From positions 1-64,000 of the forward strand of contig JAOPTW010000032.1 in assembly GCA_051532035.1 (NCBI GenBank): a stretch of 64,000 nucleotides of DNA. The letters are read 5' to 3'. This document shows, in pieces, positions 50,985 through 59,045 of the stretch. This DNA comes from Fibrobacterales bacterium. Lineage in GTDB: Bacteria > Fibrobacterota > Fibrobacteria > Fibrobacterales > JAOPTW01. Positions within the stretch are counted from its first letter, which is position 1, and each line of letters starts with the position of its first letter. The notes under the pieces are model-generated. The model had not been told where the DNA came from and ran no database searches. It saw only the letters and a list, made by a program, of their open reading frames with translations. Position numbers and translations under genes: made by a program.

Positions 50985-52136
50985 ATGAATAGCACCCTTC
51001 CCCCAAATATCCCTTCGCCTTGTTTTATATTAGATGAAGCACTCCTTAAAAAAAATATTGAGACACTTCATGATGTCCAAATACTATCTGGTGCAAAAAT
51101 CATTGTTGCCCTTAAAGGGTATGCCTTTAAAGAATCTTTTCCTCTCATTCGAAAATATTTACCGGGTACTACTGCGAGCTCACTTCACGAAGCACAACTT
51201 GCAGCAGAATACTTTGGTGGAGAAATTCACACCTATGCCCCGGCCTATCATCCTGATGAGATTGAAGAGATTGTAACGCTTTCATCACATATTACCTTTA
51301 ACTCTCTCACAGAATGGGAGCGTTACAAAAATGCCTGCGCTCAACATCCCATATCTTGTGGTCTTCGCCTTAACCCTGAATATTCAGAAGTTGAACATGA
51401 CATTTACAATCCATGCGTCACCGGTTCACGATTTGGCATTACTGCTCAGAATCTAAAAAATGCCGACCTGACTGGTATTGAAGGACTTCATTTCCATGCA
51501 CTATGCGAACAGGGTTCAGATACACTCGAAAGAGTTTTTGAGCACTTTGAAGAAAAGTTTGGATCACTCCTCCACTCTATGAAGTGGCTCAACATGGGGG
51601 GCGGACATCACATTACCCGAACAGGCTATGACCAACATCGGTTGATTGCTCTTATTAAACGCATTCAGACCACCTATAACGTGAGAGTAACCCTCGAACC
51701 TGGCGAAGCTATTGGCCTGAATACAGGCCACCTTAAAACAACTGTTCTCGACATTGTCGATAATAGTTTTAAAACAGCAATGATCGACGCCTCTTTTGCT
51801 GCACACATGCCCGACTGCCTCGAGATGCCCTATTACCCAGAGATAGAAGGCGCTGAGTTTATAGGCGTCACACCACCAGATTCTACAGCAAGTGAATCAG
51901 TCTTTCGCCTTGGGGGAACCACCTGTATGGCTGGTGATTACCTCGGTTTTTACCGTTTTACATCCCCATTAAAGCCCGATGACACCATCATTTTTAAGGA
52001 TATGATTCATTACACTATGGTAAAGACCAACCATTTTAATGGGGTAAAGCACCCCTCTATTGGAACCATACAGCTTGATGGCTCATTTGTTGAACATACC
52101 CGTTTTACCTACAATCACTACGCTGATAGAGTGTAG
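50985..52136 (+). CDS. nspC: Carboxy(nor)spermidine decarboxylase
   Basis: ALKGYA, TASSLHEA, GLHFHALCEQ, NMGGGHHITR, HMPDCLEMPY, HYTMVKTNHFNGV. Confidence 0.94.
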   Translation: MNSTLPPNIPSPCFILDEALLKKNIETLHDVQILSGAKIIVALKGYAFKESFPLIRKYLPGTTASSLHEAQLAAEYFGGEIHTYAPAYHPDEIEEIVTLSSHITFNSLTEWERYKNACAQHPISCGLRLNPEYSEVEHDIYNPCVTGSRFGITAQNLKNADLTGIEGLHFHALCEQGSDTLERVFEHFEEKFGSLLHSMKWLNMGGGHHITRTGYDQHRLIALIKRIQTTYNVRVTLEPGEAIGLNTGHLKTTVLDIVDNSFKTAMIDASFAAHMPDCLEMPYYPEIEGAEFIGVTPPDSTASESVFRLGGTTCMAGDYLGFYRFTSPLKPDDTIIFKDMIHYTMVKTNHFNGVKHPSIGTIQLDGSFVEHTRFTYNHYADRV

Positions 52137-52250
52137 CCCGATTTTCCAACACTGTTTTTACTGGCCCAAGATTGTGCTGAGTCTGTTACCTCTCGCATAG
52201 AAATACTATTTTTCAAAGATCAGGGTATTTAATCAAAGAAAGGACATACT

Positions 52251-52670
52251 ATGAGAGAACCACTATTAATCCTCCACTTTATCGGACTCGCACTCGGTCT
52301 TGGCACCAACATAACTCTTGGGTTTCTTGGAAGTATTGCCGCTAAAATGGAGAAAGAAGAACGCGAAGCATTTATGATGAAGTACCTCAAAATTTCGATA
52401 CTTGGACAATCAGGAATGATCTTACTCCTCGTGACAGGACTCGCGCTCTCTGCCCCTATCGGTTCTACCCTACACCTCAACCATTTCTTTATGGTAAAAA
52501 TTGTTGTCTATGTGGTTTTGTTAATCCTTATTTCTTTAATGATGCGCTTCTTGAAAAAAGCAAAAAAGGAGAATGGTGGGCCTGCTCTTTACGCAATTCG
52601 TAAAGTAAACCGAGTCATGACTGTTTTCATTGTTACCATATTGGTACTCGCAGTGCTTGCATTTAAATAA
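52251..52670 (+). CDS. 4-TM membrane protein (DUF2269/CopD-like)
   Basis: LLILHFIGLALGLG, LLLVTGL, FMVKI; four hydrophobic helices; AAGGA RBS. Confidence 0.7.
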   Translation: MREPLLILHFIGLALGLGTNITLGFLGSIAAKMEKEEREAFMMKYLKISILGQSGMILLLVTGLALSAPIGSTLHLNHFFMVKIVVYVVLLILISLMMRFLKKAKKENGGPALYAIRKVNRVMTVFIVTILVLAVLAFK

Positions 52671-52705
52671 TGTAATACTATTAAGACCTAGCCAAAAATC
52701 AATAT

Positions 52706-52785
52706 AAAAAAACAGCTCTCCTTCTTTGAAGGAGAGCTGTTTTTAATCTGGGGGAGTTGAGATATATAAGAAACATATTGTTCCT
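52706..52785 (-). ncRNA. Candidate small RNA 1 (C-rich, about 80 nt)
   Basis: TTGTGG-N17-TATATT promoter (52820-52792), CTCCCCC motif, strong terminator with a 7-U tail. Confidence 0.5.
52708..52744. terminator. Bidirectional intrinsic terminator
   Basis: AAAAACAGCTCTCCTTC-TTT-GAAGGAGAGCTGTTTTT. Confidence 0.85.
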
Positions 52786-52906
52786 ACTCATAATATACTC
52801 CCAAGTTATTTCCTCCACAACTAAATTGAGGCACTCAATTATTACTATAAGTAATAGAACACCCATATGATATTAATGGGGGCCTCTCTATCAAAGGAGT
52901 AGATAC

Positions 52907-52977
52907 AAAAATAGCCCGTATCTCATAAAGGCACGGGCTATCTTTTCTATATAGGGGGGGTGAAACTTTCGTTTCAT
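52907..52977 (-). ncRNA. Candidate small RNA 2 (C-rich, about 70 nt)
   Basis: TTGTTT-N17-TACATT promoter (53011-52983), TGAAAC-GAAA-GTTTCA hairpin, C7 run, terminator ATAGCCCGT..ACGGGCTATTTTT. Confidence 0.55.
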
Positions 52978-53053
52978 GGACTAATGTATAACTATTCACC
53001 TGTTCAAACAAGTAAAGAGCCTATAAATACGGTTTCTTTACCTAATCTTTACA

Positions 53054-53926
53054 TTAATCTCTGTAAAGTGAGTCCCTATGGGCCGCCTTCTTCATTTCAA
53101 TATTGAAGTGAGCAAAGAACGAATGTACAAATGGATCTTTACATGCTTTATTTGCATGTGCACATATCGTTCCCGTTGTTTTATTACCCTCTATTACCTG
53201 AGAGATCAACACATTAAGAACCCCTATGGCACCAGACTGCATATCCTTACTATAGCCCTCTTTGAGTTCTTCTTCAAGTTGCTTAAACCACTGTACGGTA
53301 AAATTAAATCGACTCTGCTCTTCATCAAAAAAATGACTGATATGCTTATAGAGCATTTTAAGGTTTTCAAATCGTGTTGCTAAATTGGTCAATACCATTG
53401 GCGCCAACTCTTCTACTGCAACATTTCGAAGTACATATATTTCAATATATCTAAATACCCCTATCGCACCAAATGCATCGAGATCATCACAAGCACACAG
53501 TATTGAAGCGATAGCCTTTTGAGAAGTACTTGAGTATACCATATTCTTATACTCTTTATCATCATGATGCTCCACCGCATCGAGTATAACCGCGAGATCA
53601 TCACCTTCAACTTCACGAGACTCTTTAAAATAGTCCACACACATTTCACGACTTATCACCCCATGCCGCTTAGCGTACGTTTTAGTGAGACCAACGTCAT
53701 GAAAAAAGACTGCTATGATGAGATTTGTTACTTCTTGTTTTGTAAATGACTTACCATCGAGGGTCAACTCAATAACAAGATCTTTAGCCCGCTGCCAAAC
53801 ACGGAGATGATGCAATTGATCATGAGATGGAACTGAAACAGAAGCAAACTGTTCTTTACAATAAAGATAGAGCTTTTCAAGCCAAGCATCTTCTACCTTT
53901 TCTAAAACTGCCTCTATCTCTTTGAT
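53054..53926 (-). CDS. HD-domain metal-dependent phosphohydrolase (probable ATC start)
   Basis: PSHDQLHHLRVW, FFHDVG, HHD, CDDLDAFGAIGVFR; frame open upstream of the tracked TTG at 53815; GGGGAGG 5 nt before ATC at 53926. Confidence 0.8.
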   Translation of the reverse strand: MKEIEAVLEKVEDAWLEKLYLYCKEQFASVSVPSHDQLHHLRVWQRAKDLVIELTLDGKSFTKQEVTNLIIAVFFHDVGLTKTYAKRHGVISREMCVDYFKESREVEGDDLAVILDAVEHHDDKEYKNMVYSSTSQKAIASILCACDDLDAFGAIGVFRYIEIYVLRNVAVEELAPMVLTNLATRFENLKMLYKHISHFFDEEQSRFNFTVQWFKQLEEELKEGYSKDMQSGAIGVLNVLISQVIEGNKTTGTICAHANKACKDPFVHSFFAHFNIEMKKAAHRDSLYRD

Positions 53927-53965
53927 ACCCGCCTCCCCAAGCTCTTTACAATAAAAATTTTACAC

Positions 53966-55594
53966 CTATTTATGATTAGAGAAACTAATTTTATCCATTT
54001 TTATAGAAACTCCCCGCACCATTTTAATCTGAAGTGAATCAATTTTTTGATCTAATAACGCAAAACTTTCTATAGATATTTCCACTGCACTGAGCGTATC
54101 CTTTAATATCAGATATTTTTGATACCACCATTTTCCACCACTTTTAAGGCCAAGATACCTCGAAGCACTTCCTTTAGTACGAGAACCGGTGAGTGTAATG
54201 GTTTTAACATCACGTATATCGGGAAAACCCATAGAAACAGAGCCTATCTCACTTTCATCGCCCACATTTTTTTCAAATAAATAATAAGCATCTTCTGGTT
54301 GCCCAACAGATATATTCTCGAGTCTGAGTGAAGGGTTCACAGAATCAATAGCGTGGAATTGAGCTGATTCAGGGTCACTCAACTTAACTTTATAATCAAA
54401 ATCACACAGCACTCTATCATACAAAACTTTCTCCAACTGTACCGTATAGGTCATGGTATCAGAAATAAACAGATCAGTAGCAACAATACCAATGGAGACT
54501 TTACCCGCCTGCAGTTTACTGTTATCAGTATAGAAGGCTTGCTCATCAGCAATGGTTATAATCGAATCGGTAATGGCAAAAAGGCCCAAGGTGTCCCCTA
54601 TTATACTATAGGTCACCGGGTACTCATCTGCTCCAGTAGCTCGTACAGTATCTACAACACCTCCCAAGGATAGTGAGTCGGGTAGTTCTATTGAATCATT
54701 AGCTATTGTGATCCCCTCTTGAACGACAGGAGTAAGAGGAGAATTCCAATAAGCAGGAGTGATTTCTTCATCACCAAAACACTTTAATGTCACATGAAAA
54801 TAGTAGCCGACATCATTTTTTGAAATAGTATATGTGTTAGAGCTAAATACACTATCTATATCATCACTTTCGGTACCGCCTAATGACCTCTTCCACTCAA
54901 CTTCTATTTCTGGGCTCGTGCCATCTACGCTCACACACTCTGCATCACCCTCAAGACTTAATGTCGCTCCAGGCCTCATTTCACCAACTATTTTAGAACT
55001 ATCAATTATTTCTGGTGGATCATTTCTTGGGTCAATATTGATTTTATAGTATATCGAATCTCTATGTAGCCCATCAGTAACACCAATTTGAAAGAAGTCG
55101 ACTCCATTTACATTGGGATATGGCGTATATCTATATGACGTTCCTTCTTGCTTCTCTAGTACCCCAAATTGACCACTATCTAACACCGACAGCGTGAGAA
55201 TTGAACCAATGTCTTTATCTTGTATCTGAATCACAATTGATATAGAGTCATCTTCTGGTACCCCCACAGTAACAGTATCATATCCTAAAATTTTAGCCAT
55301 AAATTGTGGTGAAAAATTATTCTCAGCAGGTGTAGAGTCAATTGAAGGAGAATTCGACTGTGCTGTATCATTTGGTGAAGCCTCCGGATCTTCAGGCGGC
55401 GCTACTATATTTGAGCTACTACTCTCGATAGCTATAGAACTTATACCAAGATTTGAACTTTCATGATTCGCCACAGTTGCATCACTCGAACTGAGTTGAC
55501 TCGAACTGAGTTCTCCCGTAAAAATACGCTCTGGTACACTACACCCCAAAGTAATAAGTATACTGAACGCTAAAAAATAAAACGATACTTTCAT
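53966..55594 (-). CDS. Surface lipoprotein: Ser-rich linker, tandem-95/Big_9-like, Cys-Ig, cadherin-like and beta-sandwich tip
   Basis: Lipobox TLGC, YRYTPYPNVNGVDFF, NDPP, VTYSI. Confidence 0.75.
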   Translation of the reverse strand: MKVSFYFLAFSILITLGCSVPERIFTGELSSSQLSSSDATVANHESSNLGISSIAIESSSSNIVAPPEDPEASPNDTAQSNSPSIDSTPAENNFSPQFMAKILGYDTVTVGVPEDDSISIVIQIQDKDIGSILTLSVLDSGQFGVLEKQEGTSYRYTPYPNVNGVDFFQIGVTDGLHRDSIYYKINIDPRNDPPEIIDSSKIVGEMRPGATLSLEGDAECVSVDGTSPEIEVEWKRSLGGTESDDIDSVFSSNTYTISKNDVGYYFHVTLKCFGDEEITPAYWNSPLTPVVQEGITIANDSIELPDSLSLGGVVDTVRATGADEYPVTYSIIGDTLGLFAITDSIITIADEQAFYTDNSKLQAGKVSIGIVATDLFISDTMTYTVQLEKVLYDRVLCDFDYKVKLSDPESAQFHAIDSVNPSLRLENISVGQPEDAYYLFEKNVGDESEIGSVSMGFPDIRDVKTITLTGSRTKGSASRYLGLKSGGKWWYQKYLILKDTLSAVEISIESFALLDQKIDSLQIKMVRGVSIKMDKISFSNHK

Positions 55595-55603
55595 TTACAC
55601 CCC

Positions 55604-56437
55604 CTAAAATGCAATGGTATATGTTATACCCATAAGTAAAAATGCACCGGCTAATCCATAATAAATATTTCTTTTCGAAGAGTTATCACCTATTTGATCC
55701 CAATACTCAGGCTCCTCGTTATCTTCCCAGTCACTATCATTTTTATTTTGTTTACTCAGTTTTTGATAGGTTGCATAATCGTCTCGAACCTTAAGCTCAT
55801 ACCAGAGCCCCCCTCCTCCTGCAATTGCTGCAAGAGTATAGAGACCCACTTGAAGAAGCCTACTTTTTTCTATCCCTCTGGATCCGCTCACCCGCAAGTC
55901 AATGGTGCTTCCAATTTCAAGTTCAATCTCTTTAACAGACTTTCCTTTCTGAACTAAACGTGTCTCTTTTCGATCAATAAAGGCGCTGAGTTGTGCAGCG
56001 ATCTTCATAGATCCAACGCTCTCTGCTTTTGCAAAGGATCCCTTTACCTGTATCTCAATAATATGATCGGGATATCCTGTCTTTACATCAACAAGCTCCA
56101 CAGAGAGAATGTGCAGGGGCCCATCTTTACGAACTGTACCGGTAACAACTTTATCTACTCCATACATTATTCCTGATTGTATAACGCATTGAAGTGAGTC
56201 GCAATACCTCAGAGAACCAATATCATTGTCAACGAGTATTCCATCGAACTGATTACGCTCAACAATAGAAAAACGTTTTCTTTGTTTTAATTCGTCTTCA
56301 ATAAGATCAGCAATATTCGTTAATACACGACGCTTACCATTATCATAATTGAAAAAGTCGAGAACCGCAACCTTAGGGCGCACTTGAGCAGCGCAAATCT
56401 GCGCTAATACTGAGAAAATGATTAATAATCGTGTCAT
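55604..56437 (-). CDS. Exported CsgG/FlgO-like domain protein with C-terminal hydrophobic hairpin (DUF5683-like)
   Basis: KVAVLDF, FSIVER, CDSLQC..G..GVDKVVTGTV, LVDVKTG; two Gly-rich hydrophobic segments and a terminal Phe. Confidence 0.65.
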   Translation of the reverse strand: MTRLLIIFSVLAQICAAQVRPKVAVLDFFNYDNGKRRVLTNIADLIEDELKQRKRFSIVERNQFDGILVDNDIGSLRYCDSLQCVIQSGIMYGVDKVVTGTVRKDGPLHILSVELVDVKTGYPDHIIEIQVKGSFAKAESVGSMKIAAQLSAFIDRKETRLVQKGKSVKEIELEIGSTIDLRVSGSRGIEKSRLLQVGLYTLAAIAGGGGLWYELKVRDDYATYQKLSKQNKNDSDWEDNEEPEYWDQIGDNSSKRNIYYGLAGAFLLMGITYTIAF

Positions 56438-56644
56438 AATCTTTTCCGAAACAGAGTAATCAATATAGGAATTTCACTCAAACTTTGAGTAGATCTCTGC
56501 CCTCATCTCTTTCAACGCCTCAATTGCTTCAGCGATCCAATCTCATATATGGAATTTAATGGAATGAGTATACCGAAAAACCTCGAAATAGTTATCAAAA
56601 ACTATAGAGAAGCCCTTTGTAACCTATTTTTTTACAATGGGCCG

Positions 56645-58858
56645 TTACTCTGTTTTTACCAGTTTAAACCAATCAAGATCAAGATTGAGACTTCCAATAG
56701 TCATTTTAAAAGAGGCAGACCCCTCTTTATTCACAGTAATCGAACCAATATCAAACTCTTGGAATTCTTTAGGGCTCTTATACAGCCCAGATTGTCTAAA
56801 GTCTGAAGTCCAGACATCATCATACGCATACCGTAGTATAACATCACTATTACTCCCTATAGCAGCCCTGCAGACAATCTTATAGTCCCCTGCCAACAAC
56901 ATAATGTTTGACCAATAAAAAGTGTACCACTGAGCGGTAGGGCGCACATAGGTCACGTCAGAATCTTTTAAGAGCGTAAGGGTGCTGTTATTTGCCTGTT
57001 TATCAAAATCGCGTTCAAATTCAACTGTAACGGTATCAGTAATAAAATCATAAAACCGCGCCTCTATATGTGTTGCTTCTGAAATAGATACCCTTATTTC
57101 TGGGTTAGCGCTATCAGGTATTATCAGTGATCCTTTTTTAACGACCCATTTGTCAAAGAAATTTCCACTATTTGGAACGGCAGAAAAGTCAATTTCTTGT
57201 CCATGAAGCAATAAATACGGCCCCTCATTTTCGATGGCCCCAAAATCTGTTGCTGATACCGTTAATGTTTCTGGCCCCGTAAATGACGACACCCACTCTG
57301 ATCCTTCCATATTTATGAGCGCACCATAGGTATCGCTGACCTTCTCAATAACTGAAATCAGCGGTGCACTCTCTTCAAAAGGAACATACAGCAGTTCCGT
57401 TTCTGACACCTTTTCAAATCGTGACTTCGCCACACTCTTCTGAGTCAATGCATTGCCCCAAAGGATTACCTCATCAATAACACCATTGAAAAACTGATCC
57501 GCATACACACTACTCCCCCCCATATAAAATGAACGAATAGCCCCTCCTCGTGGTACAATAAGGTCTTTAGATCCCCAAGTTTTTCCATTACAATAGATAC
57601 TCACATTACCAGTACCACTAATCACAACAGCCAGATGCGTCCACTCTCCTGGTACTACAGCATCAGCAGTAGATGTAAGAATATTACTCGTATTTTGATT
57701 ATTAATTTCAAGACGTATTTGGTTATCACTCGTTCCCTCACTATAAAGCCCAATATAAGTACTATCAATAGTCGCTATTTCAAAGATTGCTCCAGCTCCA
57801 GGAGCATCAGGCCACTTTACCCACATCCCAACAGTTATTCCTGTCGTGAAATCTATATTAGCTAATGGTAGTGAAACCATGTCATCGACACCATCTAAAG
57901 AGAGTGCATTACTTTTAGGCGTATGATCGGGAAGAATGAGAACAACAATTTCTTTTTCTATAACACCACCTCTACCATCACTCAGAGCAACGGCAAATGA
58001 TTCTTCTCCTCGGAACCCAATGTGTGGAGTATAGAGCGCAGTCCCTTCATTAAAGGCCAGAGTACCCTGGCTTGGTGTACGACCTTCAACAGGCATCCCC
58101 CAGATTGAATCACCATCGAGGTCACTCCCTAGCATATCAATAATTATTTCGGAGCCCGATTTCACTGATATGAACGCTTCATCTGGATTGGTGAATTGTG
58201 GTGGGTTATTACCCAAAGAGTCCTCAACGACACTATCTTTATCAACCACAGTTTCAACCATCGATGATAATAGATCACTACTACTCGATACCACTACCTG
58301 TATTGACGACGATACACTTTGAGCACTGCTCAGCTGATTATCAGAAATGGTGGTATCAACAGGAATTGGCGTAACTGAGGCGGTTTCATATTTGCCAATA
58401 AAAGTATCAGTGTGCACAATCTCATTGAGCCAACTCAAATTGACAAGCTTTTCATCTGCTTTAACCATGATCATACGGGCCAAGTTTTGCGAACGAACCG
58501 ACCCACCATTATTTATCTGATAATCAAGTTCTACTTGTCCAGCATCTTTGAGGCTATCTTGTACCTGAATAAACGCATCAATCTCAGCAACAAGACGCGT
58601 TGCATAATTTTCACGAACTATTACCAATGAATCTATCACCCCAAGAACAATAATCATCGAATCAAGAGTAGCAACCGTATCATGTAATGCCATAAAGCCA
58701 CTCAGAGTATCTTTAAAAGTAGGCTCTACACCGATACCATCACTCTGAGCAGAAGACACTCCACTCACTACCTCAGGTTCAATCACATCATTTGAACCAC
58801 AACCAATACACAATACCAAAAAGATGAGTATCAATAAAAATTTAACATGCCAATGCAT
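56645..58858 (-). CDS. Surface lipoprotein: Big_9-like, LamG/concanavalin, InlB-like repeat and CBM6/35-like tip
   Basis: Lipobox CIGC, YTPHIGFRGEESF, ALSLDGVDD, EWTHLAVV, FNGVIDEVILW, FDKW, VEFERDFD...LDWFKL; ATG at 58858 after GGAGAG. Confidence 0.78.
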   Translation of the reverse strand: MHWHVKFLLILIFLVLCIGCGSNDVIEPEVVSGVSSAQSDGIGVEPTFKDTLSGFMALHDTVATLDSMIIVLGVIDSLVIVRENYATRLVAEIDAFIQVQDSLKDAGQVELDYQINNGGSVRSQNLARMIMVKADEKLVNLSWLNEIVHTDTFIGKYETASVTPIPVDTTISDNQLSSAQSVSSSIQVVVSSSSDLLSSMVETVVDKDSVVEDSLGNNPPQFTNPDEAFISVKSGSEIIIDMLGSDLDGDSIWGMPVEGRTPSQGTLAFNEGTALYTPHIGFRGEESFAVALSDGRGGVIEKEIVVLILPDHTPKSNALSLDGVDDMVSLPLANIDFTTGITVGMWVKWPDAPGAGAIFEIATIDSTYIGLYSEGTSDNQIRLEINNQNTSNILTSTADAVVPGEWTHLAVVISGTGNVSIYCNGKTWGSKDLIVPRGGAIRSFYMGGSSVYADQFFNGVIDEVILWGNALTQKSVAKSRFEKVSETELLYVPFEESAPLISVIEKVSDTYGALINMEGSEWVSSFTGPETLTVSATDFGAIENEGPYLLLHGQEIDFSAVPNSGNFFDKWVVKKGSLIIPDSANPEIRVSISEATHIEARFYDFITDTVTVEFERDFDKQANNSTLTLLKDSDVTYVRPTAQWYTFYWSNIMLLAGDYKIVCRAAIGSNSDVILRYAYDDVWTSDFRQSGLYKSPKEFQEFDIGSITVNKEGSASFKMTIGSLNLDLDWFKLVKTE

Positions 58859-58966
58859 TTCTCTCTCCAATAATCCCATTTTTTGGGATAACACAACAAA
58901 CGAGCCCTCGTTTGCCACTAATATATTTTTTATAACAGGAGTTTCAATAGTGTAATTTACGATCTC

Positions 58967-58989
58967 AGCCTATCCTCTCAGGATAGGCT
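58967..58989. other. Intergenic hairpin between lipoprotein genes
   Basis: AGCCTATCCT-CTC-AGGATAGGCT; no U-tract on the minus strand. Confidence 0.5.
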
Positions 58990-59045
58990 CATTTCACCAC
59001 TCTGTGTATGAAAGTTTACAATGATCAAGGGTGAGAGGCTATAGG

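Noticed and set aside
52699..52791. 30-aa minus-strand ORF (MSRNNMFLIY...) over candidate sRNA1
   Set aside because: Its ATG abuts the predicted -10 element and it runs through the terminator; not excluded, but less parsimonious than an sRNA
55485..55513. 15-bp duplication ACTCGAACTGAGTT
   Set aside because: Encodes the LSSS linker of the lipoprotein; ordinary slippage
56476..56545. Helical-looking minus-strand reading DWIAEAIEALKEMRAEIYSKFE
   Set aside because: Preceded by an in-frame stop and only very short internal starts; cannot be supported as a gene or remnant
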